Origin: a virus
Length of the DNA: 57,626 nt
IMG/VR virus record: IMGVR_UViG_3300045988_064576
Reading direction: 5' to 3' (one strand)
Shown: positions 17,485 to 26,718 of the stretch, in pieces
How positions within the stretch are numbered: position 1 is the stretch's first letter
Layout: each line of letters begins with the position of its first letter
Program-made: the position numbers and the translations under genes
The notes under the pieces: generated by a model
The model's input: the letters and a program-made list of their open reading frames with translations, nothing else
Database searches by the model: none
What the model was told of the DNA's origin: nothing

Positions 17485-18081
17485 CTAATATGTTAAATCA
17501 TCATATTTATTGCCCTTGACAATGAAATCTTCGGAATAAGACATCTCATACGATATGCCTGTCTCTTTGCACTTGAACTCGAAACACGCTGCACTTGCAA
17601 TCCACCGGCACACATACCGCTTTCCGTTCTTGTCCTCGCAAACATCATGCTCATAGATAAGTTCTCCATCTGCATCTCTGCATCCGGTACACCGACAGAT
17701 TGTGTCTTTGTCAACAATGTGTGCCATATCCATGAGAAGCTCTCTCGCAGATCGCATACATGCTCCCTCTGATTTCTCGATAATGAATACAAAATTGTCT
17801 TTCCAATCCTGTATCACAATGCCACCATATACCCATTCTTTAGTGTCTGCATCAATGGCTTTGCACTGCATAGCATCCTGTTTCATTCCCATTTCATACA
17901 TCCTTTCACACCAACAATCTTGGCAATAATCTTCATCACCATCATGTATAAACTCCTTTGTATCGGTTGTTGTATCTCCGCATCTGTCACACTCAAATAC
18001 GTAATAGTCATTCTGCCTACCGCAGTTAATGCATCCTTGCGGGCATCCAACGCAATCATTTCCTTTCCATCTGCTCATCAT
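17485..18081 (-). CDS. YopX-like protein with N-terminal Cys-rich region
   Basis: ICRCTGCRDADGELIYEHDV plus several CxxC motifs. Confidence 0.55.
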   Translation of the reverse strand: MMSRWKGNDCVGCPQGCINCGRQNDYYVFECDRCGDTTTDTKEFIHDGDEDYCQDCWCERMYEMGMKQDAMQCKAIDADTKEWVYGGIVIQDWKDNFVFIIEKSEGACMRSARELLMDMAHIVDKDTICRCTGCRDADGELIYEHDVCEDKNGKRYVCRWIASAACFEFKCKETGISYEMSYSEDFIVKGNKYDDLTY

Positions 18082-18449
18082 TCCACCGCCTTGTCCTGAA
18101 TAATCTTGCCCGGCTTAATGCGTGTAAGAAGTCCAAGCTCCAATCCGTTGTGCGGTCTCCACAGATGCAAACAATTTTCAAGCATGTTGACGTACTCGCT
18201 CTTTTTCGGCATGATCTGATATGCTTCCTCTTCATCGTTGAAAAACGCATCCTTCAACTCGCACATTGCATACCAATCCGGCAATCGACCGTTATACGTG
18301 CAGAAACTTACGTGTTCATAACCTCTCTCATTGTTAGAAAAAACAACGCTGCCCCTATACTTCCCGACCACAATTTCTGAGCTGTATGTGTTGATGTCAA
18401 TTTTTTTCACGAAAGAAAGCGTTTTCTTAATCTCTTCAATATCTTTCAT
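18078..18449 (-). CDS. Hypothetical protein
   Basis: Start ATG 18449 (MKDIEEIKK) after AAAGGAG. Confidence 0.5.
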   Translation of the reverse strand: MKDIEEIKKTLSFVKKIDINTYSSEIVVGKYRGSVVFSNNERGYEHVSFCTYNGRLPDWYAMCELKDAFFNDEEEAYQIMPKKSEYVNMLENCLHLWRPHNGLELGLLTRIKPGKIIQDKAVE

Positions 18450-18465
18450 GCTGTCACTCCTTTTC

Positions 18466-19202
18466 TTAAAACGGACACTCATTTGGGTTCCGAAGCAACC
18501 ATTCCTTGCCCGGCTCTGCAACATCCACATTTGCCCCATAAGCAACTTTTTCCATTTTCTCGATAAAGCTATCGCTATCAGAATTTTCACTTGATAGATG
18601 GCACATTATGACGTTCTGCAAACTATCTGAATAGTTTGCCTTAACAAAATCACAAGCCGTGTCAATGCTTAAGTGACCTCTGAAAACGTGATTAGCTTTA
18701 CTTGTGCCTCTGTCGATTAAATCCTTGTCATAATTCACACCCAAGAGAATGTGGTTTATGCCTTTGAATCGCCATTTTATCAATTCTGTGTCGGTCGCAT
18801 AAATCATTCTTCCCATCTCTGGGTGAGTTATCAAAAATCCATAGCAAGGGCATTCACTACCATCTGCATTTGTGTGTGTCCAGCTATTGTCTGTTGTTGT
18901 CAATGGGAAATCTTTAACCTCAAATTCTCCGTATATTTTTGTGTGAAAATGCGGTTCAAATTTTTCGTATGGTGCAAATACAGGTATTCCCATTGAATTA
19001 AAATCGTTTAATGACTTGCTATGGTCTAGAGGTGGGTGTGACTTATAATCACACCCTTTACCCCCCTTATGTCCCAATTCAAACCTTTCTTAATCTCCTT
19101 AATCGGTATTCCACAATCAAGAATAAGTGTTTCTCCGTTGTTTGAAGTTAATGTGTAGCAGTTCCCGGAACTTCCTGTTGCGATACATTTAAGTTTCATC
19201 AT
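18466..19202 (-). pseudogene. MBL-fold hydrolase/nuclease gene interrupted by a frameshift
   Basis: N-terminal ORF 19202-19026 (MMKLKCIATGSSGNCY..GVIISHTHL*). The rest is in another frame (..LDHSKS..). Removing 2 nt from CTCT (19028-19031) restores HTHLDH = HxHxDH. Confidence 0.65.
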
Positions 19203-19552
19203 TTCACACCTACTGTCATAATCGCTGGATTTACAACTCCGTCTCCGTCATAGTCATACTCTTTGTTATGCCACTTTCTCAAATACTCTCCGTATTCCCA
19301 GCACTGTGAAAGAATACTAACTGCGCATCCGTACATAAATCCTGTTATGCCCTCTGTGTCTGCTTCATGGCTCAATCTGTCTGCATTATCAACAAAGCAC
19401 TTCGTAACATCATTGCTCTTGCCAATTTCTGCTTCTAACAGTTCAGCCCACCTTTCAGCATAATTAAAGCAAGCTCTGCTGTATTCGTCACTATTCTTGT
19501 CGTACCAATCCTTGTATTCTTTCTCTTTACCTTTAATAATTTTCATACTCAC
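19199..19552 (-). CDS. Hypothetical protein
   Basis: ORF track 117 aa. Confidence 0.5.
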   Translation of the reverse strand: MSMKIIKGKEKEYKDWYDKNSDEYSRACFNYAERWAELLEAEIGKSNDVTKCFVDNADRLSHEADTEGITGFMYGCAVSILSQCWEYGEYLRKWHNKEYDYDGDGVVNPAIMTVGVK

Positions 19553-19881
19553 ACCTCGATTTCATCATCCTGCGGAAAGCGAAAATACTCGCTTGTTACC
19601 TCTTTGATTTTTTCGTTGCTTAAAAGACCAATACTTTCTTGAAATGTATTTGTAGTGGCTGTACAATGATAAAACTCATTATTGTTATATGCTTCTCTAA
19701 GCATTTCCATAGCCTTAACCGCTTTTTCCTCGGTGGAATATTCCGCTACAATGTCAATCTCCGTGTCTCCACATAATTGTATTTCTACGCAAGTATTCCC
19801 TTTTATGCAGCTTTCATGCAGAAAAACCAAACTGTTATCGTACGGAAAATCCATTGTTCCGTTCTGCGAAATTACTCTCAT
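19549..19881 (-). CDS. Hypothetical protein
   Basis: ORF track 110 aa. Confidence 0.5.
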   Translation of the reverse strand: MRVISQNGTMDFPYDNSLVFLHESCIKGNTCVEIQLCGDTEIDIVAEYSTEEKAVKAMEMLREAYNNNEFYHCTATTNTFQESIGLLSNEKIKEVTSEYFRFPQDDEIEV

Positions 19882-19883
19882 CC

Positions 19884-20933
19884 TTACTCTCCCTTCATAA
19901 ACTCCGGCTCTGCCGATTCTTCGCTCACGATTTCTGAATCTACAACATCCTCGTCGAAGTCAACGGAATTGGCGTTTTCTTCAATCTCGTTTTTTGAAAT
20001 CTGATATACCTCATCCATTTCCATCTGTGCCTGTCGCGCCATAGGATCGTAATTCTTTGGGTATTTTTTCGTCGCATTGTTGCACATCTTACGGACGATC
20101 ATGCTTTCCGGCGTATCAAGCCATGCGCCGCTGATATATGGTCTTGCAATCTCGCATTTAAGCATTTCATCAACCGTTTTGCATGATCTAAGGGCATTAA
20201 GAATCTCTTCTTTTTTTGCCTTAATCTCCGCTTTCTGCTTTTCGGTTGCTTTATATCTGTCAGCACAAATTCCGAAAGTAACATTCATCAAGTTTTGCTT
20301 AACATGCGCCATAAGGTTGATTTTTACGCTGTCACGGTCTGCCGAAAGATATGTGATATTCCCATCATTCAACTTCACAGGATATACAACCCTTACAGCC
20401 TTATCTGACAAGAATTTTTCTTCCCATTCCGGTTCTGTAACTGTAAGTCCTTTGTGTTTTGGTGGGATATATACATCTCCTTCCTTAATTACCCAATATG
20501 GATATACCTGTTTTACATCCTTGCCATAATTAGCAAGCAATGAATCGTAACCGCTACCCTCGATTCCCATTTCTACCTGTTTCTGCCATACGTCTTTGTT
20601 CGTCTGTGGGTCTATTCCGACTTTTACACTGCGAAGTTGAAAATAACACTCTCTCGGATATGCGCTTGCGTTCAATTTAAGCGATGCACAACGCTTTACA
20701 ATCCCTCTTAAATTGCTTGTATCAAGGGTTCCCATACCGCTAACCTTTGGGTCGTTTTTGACAAGGTTGTAAATACTTGTCATTGCTTCCATAGCACACT
20801 CTTTCGAGTAATCATCCATCTTCATACCGCAAGATTTATAATCTTCAATAATCAATCCTGTCATTGCATTGCTCCACTCACTTAACGAAGTGGTAAATTC
20901 TTTCTTCTCTGCTACCTGTGTATTCTCTGCCAT
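19884..20933 (-). CDS. Putative single-strand annealing recombinase (RecT-like)
   Basis: 349 aa; sits between the ATPase and the nuclease/SSB genes; acidic C-terminal tail DFDEDVVDSEIVSEESAEPEF. Family not verified. Confidence 0.4.
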   Translation of the reverse strand: MAENTQVAEKKEFTTSLSEWSNAMTGLIIEDYKSCGMKMDDYSKECAMEAMTSIYNLVKNDPKVSGMGTLDTSNLRGIVKRCASLKLNASAYPRECYFQLRSVKVGIDPQTNKDVWQKQVEMGIEGSGYDSLLANYGKDVKQVYPYWVIKEGDVYIPPKHKGLTVTEPEWEEKFLSDKAVRVVYPVKLNDGNITYLSADRDSVKINLMAHVKQNLMNVTFGICADRYKATEKQKAEIKAKKEEILNALRSCKTVDEMLKCEIARPYISGAWLDTPESMIVRKMCNNATKKYPKNYDPMARQAQMEMDEVYQISKNEIEENANSVDFDEDVVDSEIVSEESAEPEFMKGE

Positions 20934-20934
20934 A

Positions 20935-22884
20935 TTACTTTTCCTCCATATCTTTAATAATCAGTTCCTTGTCGTCCGTTCTACGAATAACAATCAACTG
21001 TGTGTCAATCTCCGGGATTCTCCATGCATCCAAGGACTCCGTATCGTCAATTATGATTGGCATTTCCACATCATTCTTACGCTGGAATGCACGACAAATG
21101 TCTATTTCCGTAAGCAGCTTTGCACCGTGATTCATATTCCGGTTATATGGTTCTCCCCTATATATAAACTCGCAACACTCTTCTGTATCTCCGTTGATAA
21201 GCGGTCTGAATAACCGCACTTTGCAGAACTCCAAATACTGATTTACGCTTTCTGAAAGAATCTCATTTTTCTTTCGGTCAAGTTTCTTCAATAGGTCAAG
21301 TACCGATTCCTGATCGGCGATCTTCTGTTGTGTCTCTCTCTGTTGTTCACGAAGCTGTGATATCTGATTGTCAATATAATCATTGACCGATGCCTTGCCA
21401 ATTTTCTCCGTCACATCCAACAGATCATGTTGCAGTTTTTTAAGTTCCTCTTTCAAAGAATCGGTCAAATTTGAACCAATCGCTTCCTTATTATAAAGAG
21501 CTTCTTTTTCGTCCAATTCTGATTTAACTTTCTTGTAGTCGGAAGTGTTCGTAATATCAACGCAAACCGGCATACCGTCAATTCTGTTATTCAGTGAATC
21601 ATATTCGGTCTGTAACTCTGATACCTTCTTGCCCTGTTCCTGTATTTGCTTCTCTGTCTGTTCAATCTCTGCCTTGTAGCGGTCAAGTTCCGATTTTTCA
21701 AAATTTCCACTTGCAACAATGTTGTCAAGTCTCTGTTTCTTTGTCTCTTCGTACCTCTCTCGGATTTCGTCGGCATTCTCCAACTCTCTGTGGCAAGCAG
21801 GACAGATCGTGTCATTCTCTCCGATTGTCTCTGCGTTGGTTCGCTTCCACTCTTCTGCATATTGCTCACGAAGGGAAACGTGGCGCTTAAATTCTGCTTC
21901 AAGGCTCTCTTTCTTACGCAACAGATCATTCTGAATGTTCTTCTGTGCAATCAGTTCCTTATTAGCATCAAACGACTTCTGTGTAAGTTCCGCTCTTGTC
22001 TTGTCAAGGCTCTCATTTGCCTTATTCTGCAAGCCGGAAATTTCAAATTTAAGGTTCAAAATCTCCTGTCCTAATGCATCATGTTCCGCCGATGCATCCT
22101 TGATTTTTCCGTTTACGGCTTCGATTTTGGATTCAATGTCTGACTTCATCGACTGCAACTGCGACACGTCAACATTCGTCTTTTGCTTTGTCAATTCGTC
22201 GATTCTAGGTGCATATTCATCTGCGATCTGCCGAAGTCCTTTAGACGATGATTTTCCGCGCGAACCATTCAGAGTACGATTGCAACGCTCCTTTAATTCC
22301 TTGATTGTTCCATCCGCAAGCATCGGCACTATAGATGCAAACCGTTCATCTTCCTGTGCAATGTCTAATGTCGTTTTATCTCCGAACGTCTTTTCCAGCA
22401 CTGTCCTCTGATCTGCTGGGGACTTTTTCAACAGTGATTGTGCATTCAAGCAATACTGTAGCTTGTCAGCATCCAAAAAACCATCTTCAAGGAACTCTGC
22501 GTAGTCCTTGACTTTCTTTGGAACATCATTGATGTACGAATCTGTAATGTTTCCGATGAAGTCTCCGTTCTTGTTGATGCTTTCACGAAAAACCTTTTTC
22601 ATTTCTTTCTCTGTGCCATCTAGCTCAAACGTAACTGCACACGTTGTCTCGATTCCCGAATAATCATTTCCGGATTCATCGTGCGGTCGGATTCCTGTGA
22701 TTTCCTTGCCATTATCATCCCTGCAATTAAGCACATACTGCACAGCACGCTTAATTGTTGTCTTTCCGCATTCATTCACACCGCAAATCTCTGTTCTGTC
22801 GGAAATGTCTGCATCAACAGTATTCGCACCAAAGAATTTACCGAAATTCTGCAAAAAAATATGCTTAATTCTTATCTTTTTCAT
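20935..22884 (-). CDS. SMC/Rad50/SbcC-like ATPase with zinc hook
   Basis: Walker A GVNECGKTT; long coiled coil with central CPAC hook; C-terminal PIIIDDTESLD. Confidence 0.8.
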   Translation of the reverse strand: MKKIRIKHIFLQNFGKFFGANTVDADISDRTEICGVNECGKTTIKRAVQYVLNCRDDNGKEITGIRPHDESGNDYSGIETTCAVTFELDGTEKEMKKVFRESINKNGDFIGNITDSYINDVPKKVKDYAEFLEDGFLDADKLQYCLNAQSLLKKSPADQRTVLEKTFGDKTTLDIAQEDERFASIVPMLADGTIKELKERCNRTLNGSRGKSSSKGLRQIADEYAPRIDELTKQKTNVDVSQLQSMKSDIESKIEAVNGKIKDASAEHDALGQEILNLKFEISGLQNKANESLDKTRAELTQKSFDANKELIAQKNIQNDLLRKKESLEAEFKRHVSLREQYAEEWKRTNAETIGENDTICPACHRELENADEIRERYEETKKQRLDNIVASGNFEKSELDRYKAEIEQTEKQIQEQGKKVSELQTEYDSLNNRIDGMPVCVDITNTSDYKKVKSELDEKEALYNKEAIGSNLTDSLKEELKKLQHDLLDVTEKIGKASVNDYIDNQISQLREQQRETQQKIADQESVLDLLKKLDRKKNEILSESVNQYLEFCKVRLFRPLINGDTEECCEFIYRGEPYNRNMNHGAKLLTEIDICRAFQRKNDVEMPIIIDDTESLDAWRIPEIDTQLIVIRRTDDKELIIKDMEEK

Positions 22885-23224
22885 GTTGAATCTCCTTTCT
22901 CATAAGTTCGTCAATTCTGCTATACGTAAGGGTGTGTGAAACCTTGTCCAGCCGATCTCTGAATTTCTCGTCTATAATAGACTGTCCAAGAATCATCGAC
23001 CCGATCAATCTTGTTGTAGTCTCGACATTTGCACCACCTCTTACCGCTCCGGCATAAAGTTTAAACATTGGGAAATCCTTAAATTCCTCTGCCAAGGTAT
23101 CAACAGATGCGTTCTTCGTGTTCTTGACGTACTCAGCAAGTCCTTCCTCAAAAGATACATCCTCGTTTAGTTCATCTTCTAAGTGCAGTTTGTTCAAATC
23201 GAACATATTCTTTACTTCTCCCAT
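22865..23224 (-). CDS. Hypothetical protein
   Basis: ORF track 119 aa. Confidence 0.45.
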   Translation of the reverse strand: MGEVKNMFDLNKLHLEDELNEDVSFEEGLAEYVKNTKNASVDTLAEEFKDFPMFKLYAGAVRGGANVETTTRLIGSMILGQSIIDEKFRDRLDKVSHTLTYSRIDELMRKEIQHEKDKN

Positions 23225-23426
23225 TTCTTTTATTTCTCCCTTCCATTTTTCTATAAATTCTTAATGCTTTGTCGATTTTGTCATAGTTCCAATATCCATA
23301 GATCATAAGTACCATTCCGATAATTAAGATAATCTTCGGAACCAACTGAAACTCATCCGAAATCGAATATGCGCCTGTGAGTGCCATAATGCTTCCGGCA
23401 ACCACGTATGGGTTGAATCTTCTCAT
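23172..23426 (-). CDS. Small membrane protein
   Basis: Two hydrophobic helices (VVAGSIMALTGAY, IILIIGMVLMIYGYW). Confidence 0.5.
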   Translation of the reverse strand: MRRFNPYVVAGSIMALTGAYSISDEFQLVPKIILIIGMVLMIYGYWNYDKIDKALRIYRKMEGRNKRNGRSKEYVRFEQTALRR

Positions 23427-23596
23427 CTTCTTGCCCTCCGAATATAATTATCAATTGTCACTCTTCTTCCTGTTTGCTTGTGAACCAGGAATAAATGAAA
23501 AGAAGTTTCTCTCCGAACCATCCATTCATCTACGTTGTACCCTTGCGAATGTACGATTTCTTTCTGCGTTCTCGTAAGTTTCTTGGGTTGCTTCAT
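23423..23596 (-). CDS. Hypothetical protein (57 aa)
   Basis: Unlisted ORF MKQPKKLTRTQKEIVHSQGYNVDEW...; TAATG and ATGA overlaps with neighbours. Confidence 0.5.
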   Translation of the reverse strand: MKQPKKLTRTQKEIVHSQGYNVDEWMVRRETSFHLFLVHKQTGRRVTIDNYIRRARR

Positions 23597-24465
23597 TACT
23601 CGCGCACCTCCACAATCTCACCATTTACCATAGTGTAAAATGTGTTTTCTTTAATCTTCTCTCCGTCGACGCGCACCATCTTGGCACCTTTAAGCGACCA
23701 TCTATCCTGCTTCCAGTAATTGCGTTCGTCGCCTTCCCAGTCAGCCAACACAAGATAAGAGCCTAACACTCCCTTTGCCTTTCCGTGATATCCCCACGCT
23801 ACAGCAATACTGTCTTTATCTTCTGCCGATGAAGCACCTTTATATCCGGTAGCCGATGAAGCACCGCAATTCCCGGTAGCCGATGAAGCACCGTAATCTC
23901 CGGTAGCCGATGAAGCACCTTTATATCCGGTAGCCGATGAAGCACCGCAATATCCGGTAGCCGATGAAGCACCGTAATCTCCGGTAGCCGATGAAGCACC
24001 GTAATCTCCGGTAGCCGATGAAGCACCGCAATTCCCGGTAGCCGATGAAGCACCGTAATCTCCGATAGCCGATGAAGCACCTTTATATCCGGTAGCCGAT
24101 GAAGCACCTTTTCTTGAATCACTATCAGATTCTTTTTTCGCTCTGCTTGATGTATATTCAATAGCCGCCTGTACGATTCCGGCAATACTCAACTTCGCTC
24201 CAATTTTGATTTTTGTAGATGCTATTTCCGTATCTTCACCCTTTTTACTGCTTATCTCTCCACTCTGTTCAACTTCGTGATATACGCTTTCTGACGGGCT
24301 GTAATAACTAAAACAATCAAGCGGATATTCGCAAGCATGAAAACCTTTCTCACATACTTCCGCTTTGTCAGTTTCGTACTCTTTTCCTTCTTCATACTGA
24401 AATTCACGGCACGTCATATCTTTGTTAAATCCCTTATAGCCTTTAATCGTTTCTCCCATTTTCAA
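23596..24465 (-). CDS. Protein with Cys/His N-terminal domain and 11 nonapeptide GASSATGxx repeats
   Basis: KGFNKDMTCREFQY..GFHACEYPLD, then GASSATG(YK/DY/NC/YC) x11. Confidence 0.7.
   Translation of the reverse strand: MKMGETIKGYKGFNKDMTCREFQYEEGKEYETDKAEVCEKGFHACEYPLDCFSYYSPSESVYHEVEQSGEISSKKGEDTEIASTKIKIGAKLSIAGIVQAAIEYTSSRAKKESDSDSRKGASSATGYKGASSAIGDYGASSATGNCGASSATGDYGASSATGDYGASSATGYCGASSATGYKGASSATGDYGASSATGNCGASSATGYKGASSAEDKDSIAVAWGYHGKAKGVLGSYLVLADWEGDERNYWKQDRWSLKGAKMVRVDGEKIKENTFYTMVNGEIVEVRE
23825..24121. repeat. 27-bp tandem repeat x11 (in-frame, coding)
   Basis: GCCGATGAAGCACC recurs every 27 bp from 23825 to 24095. About 20 constant nt alternate with about 7 variable nt. Confidence 0.95.
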
Positions 24466-25228
24466 TCTCCCTTCCTAAAAATTTATTCACAAAATACAGC
24501 TGCCCTTTGCCAGTAATCTTAGTTGTGCGTGTAATTCTTACGCTTCCATCAGGGTTCTGCACGTTGCTTTCTTTCACTTCAAACAATCCCTGTTCGACAT
24601 ATCTCTGCATCGGCATGTTACGTGATGAACCACTCTTACACAGATATCCATTGTTCCGAAGCCACTCAAACAACCGCTTCTGCCCAATCTGATAACCATT
24701 CTGACAAATCAATTTTGCCAAATCTCCGATCAGAATAGATGTCCGACTTGTTGCCACTGCATCTGCAAATATCGCTTTCGGTTTCATCTGTTCAATTCTT
24801 GCCTGTTTCTGCTCGATAATCTTGTCTCTTTCAGCGATCTTGTTATGTGCCACAAGCAACGCCTTTGAAAGCAATTCATCGTCAGATAGTGTTTCTTGCC
24901 CGGCTATATAACCTCCATTTTTACGAATTGAAGGAAGAACCTCTGATGTTACCCAATCTGTAAAACGTTCTGCGGATTCTTTCCTGCTTTGAAAGATTGT
25001 CTTGTAAAGGTTTGCTTCACTGATAAATGTCATTTTCTGCATTCCACCCTTTGTAGGGGTATCCGCAGTATGGATACCCTTTTCGGATAACCTCTGCTTA
25101 ACATTTCCTACATTAGATATTTCTAATGCTTTGCACACATCAGACAGGCAAAACATAGGTTCATTATTCGCTACTACTGTTCGAATTTCTCCAAATTCTT
25201 CGTTGTTAAAAATCTGTAATTCGTTCAT
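24443..25228 (-). CDS. Antirepressor (Bro-N + KilAC domains)
   Basis: Start ATG 25228 after AAGGAG; MNELQIFNNEEFGEIRTV..FCLSDVCKAL (Bro-N); ..LIGDLAKLICQNGYQIGQKRLFEWLR (KilAC-like). Confidence 0.85.
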   Translation of the reverse strand: MNELQIFNNEEFGEIRTVVANNEPMFCLSDVCKALEISNVGNVKQRLSEKGIHTADTPTKGGMQKMTFISEANLYKTIFQSRKESAERFTDWVTSEVLPSIRKNGGYIAGQETLSDDELLSKALLVAHNKIAERDKIIEQKQARIEQMKPKAIFADAVATSRTSILIGDLAKLICQNGYQIGQKRLFEWLRNNGYLCKSGSSRNMPMQRYVEQGLFEVKESNVQNPDGSVRITRTTKITGKGQLYFVNKFLGREIENGRND

Positions 25229-25281
25229 TTCTACTCCTTTCTGTGTTATACTCTCCTTATAAAACGAAGGGAGGTGTTGCC

Positions 25282-25446
25282 ATGGATATTGATTTAACAA
25301 AAGTTACAGAGGTAAGGCTTGTTCGAGTGGAAGAAACCTGCAACAATTTGATAAAAGATGGTTGGAAACTAATAAATGTGTGCAGTTATTCGGACCCATT
25401 CGAAAAAGAATCCGGCACGGAATTTACCCTTGCTCGGTTTCAATAA
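25282..25446 (+). CDS. Hypothetical small protein with DGW motif
   Basis: RBS GAAGGGAGG before ATG 25282. Its 3' end overlaps the convergent paralogue. Confidence 0.4.
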   Translation: MDIDLTKVTEVRLVRVEETCNNLIKDGWKLINVCSYSDPFEKESGTEFTLARFQ

Positions 25447-25570
25447 CCTTTGCCATAATGTAGATTGTTGGTGTGGTGGATGTGTTCATGTTGAGATATG
25501 TCCACCCATCATCAAGCAACTTGTTTGCTTCATCCACGGTTACTTCTTTAATTGCTTCGATTTTTCTCAT
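25424..25570 (-). CDS. Hypothetical small protein with DGW motif (48 aa)
   Basis: TAATG coupling to the Cro-like gene; MRKIEAIKEVTVDEANKLLDDGWTYL. Confidence 0.45.
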   Translation of the reverse strand: MRKIEAIKEVTVDEANKLLDDGWTYLNMNTSTTPTIYIMAKVIETEQG

Positions 25571-25800
25571 TATTCCACCTCGCTTTCTAAATCTGAAAAA
25601 TCTGTAACCGGCATAGACAAATAATTCGCAATTAAAATCATTGTGTCTAACTTTGGCTTGCTTTTATCATTTTTCCAATCTGATAAAAGCATTGGCGAAA
25701 TATTAAGATCTGTTGCTACTCTGTAAGGGGTAATTCCTTTTTCAGATAATTTCTTCTCGAATTTTGAATATGATTGACCATATTTTCTGATTTTCGACAT
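25570..25800 (-). CDS. Cro-like XRE-family HTH regulator
   Basis: ITPYRVATDLNISPMLLSDWKNDKSKP HTH; first gene of the leftward early operon. Confidence 0.8.
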   Translation of the reverse strand: MSKIRKYGQSYSKFEKKLSEKGITPYRVATDLNISPMLLSDWKNDKSKPKLDTMILIANYLSMPVTDFSDLESEVE

Positions 25801-25827
25801 AAAACTTCTCCTTTCCTTAAAAATTCA

Positions 25828-25856
25828 TTGCAATTATTAAGGAAATCCGTTATAAT
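25828..25856 (+). promoter_or_regulatory. Sigma-70-type promoter, rightward (towards the CI-like gene)
   Basis: TTGCAA (25828-33), 17 nt, TATAAT (25851-56). Operator O1 lies in the spacer. Confidence 0.5.
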
Positions 25857-25972
25857 GAAATCGTCGAATAACAATATAACAAAACAGCCTAGGTTTTAAG
25901 GATTTCCTTAATCTAGGTCTAGTATATTATGGTTTTCTTTAATTGTCAATAGAAAATTAAAGATTTCCTTAA
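25837..25972. promoter_or_regulatory. Three operator palindromes, TTAAGGA-NN-TCCTTAA
   Basis: 25837-52 ttaaggaaatccgtta; 25896-911 ttaaggatttccttaa; 25957-72 ttaaagatttccttaa. Confidence 0.65.
25921..25949 (-). promoter_or_regulatory. Sigma-70-type promoter, leftward (towards the Cro-like gene)
   Basis: Minus sense: TTGACA (25949-44), 17 nt, TATACT (25926-21). Confidence 0.5.
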
Positions 25973-25993
25973 TATTTTGGAGGTGCGCGTAAA

Positions 25994-26302
25994 ATGTACG
26001 AAATATACCAAAAATTACTAGACATGAATGGAGTAAAAAGTGCAGATGTTGCAAGAGCTACAGGAATATCTAATATGACGTTTTCGGATTGGAAAAAAGG
26101 AAAGTCTACGCCTAAGATGGATAAAATTGAGAAAATTGCAAAATATTTCGGCGTTACGACAGATTATATGATGGGAAAGAAGTCGGAAGTACCATCTTTG
26201 TCAATGGCGGACGAACATTTTGAACTAATCAAATTATACTCTTCACTTTCAGAAGCAGATCAAAAGGCTATTATGCAAATAATGCGCAGCATGAATAAAT
26301 GA
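25994..26302 (+). CDS. CI-like XRE-family repressor
   Basis: VKSADVARATGISNMTFSDWKKGKSTP HTH; RBS GGAGGTG. Confidence 0.8.
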   Translation: MYEIYQKLLDMNGVKSADVARATGISNMTFSDWKKGKSTPKMDKIEKIAKYFGVTTDYMMGKKSEVPSLSMADEHFELIKLYSSLSEADQKAIMQIMRSMNK

Positions 26303-26318
26303 TAAAGGGGGATTTTAT

Positions 26319-26684
26319 ATGGATAATCAGCAATCTAATAATTATATGATATGTCCTAGGTGCAATCAATATATTCCTTATGGATCTGCTTTCTGCATTT
26401 ATTGCGGATTACAGTTTCAACCTCAAAGAAATATTCAAATTGATACAAAACAAAAAAAGAAAACTGAAAGCCCATTGAGCGCATTATCTGGAATAATCAG
26501 TCTTGTTGGTTTTTTCACTTTTGGATTTTTGATTATTGTAGGATTTATTATTTCTGTGATAGATTTGGCAATCGGACAATCTAAAAAATATGATAATCAC
26601 ATTCACGCTTGCTCTTGGTTTTCGGTTGTATTGTTTATAATTTTAATAATTTTAATGATTTTTGGCTTGTATAGAATAATATAA
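26319..26684 (+). CDS. Zinc-ribbon membrane protein co-transcribed with the repressor (possible exclusion or moron function)
   Basis: CPRC..CIYCG, then two long hydrophobic helices. Confidence 0.6.
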   Translation: MDNQQSNNYMICPRCNQYIPYGSAFCIYCGLQFQPQRNIQIDTKQKKKTESPLSALSGIISLVGFFTFGFLIIVGFIISVIDLAIGQSKKYDNHIHACSWFSVVLFIILIILMIFGLYRII

Positions 26685-26690
26685 AAATAA

Positions 26691-26718
26691 AGGCAGAGAT
26701 TTTTTCTCTGCCTTTTCT
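26691..26718. terminator. Bidirectional Rho-independent terminator
   Basis: AGGCAGAGA / TCTCTGCCT hairpin with A-run and T-run flanks. Confidence 0.75.

Noticed and set aside
23799-24185. Regular 27-bp repeats that could be mistaken for a CRISPR array, plus an alternative-frame 128-aa ORF
   Set aside because: The units are directly tandem with no spacers. They are in frame inside a long ORF with a proper N-terminal domain. The other-frame ORF is a by-product of the repeat.
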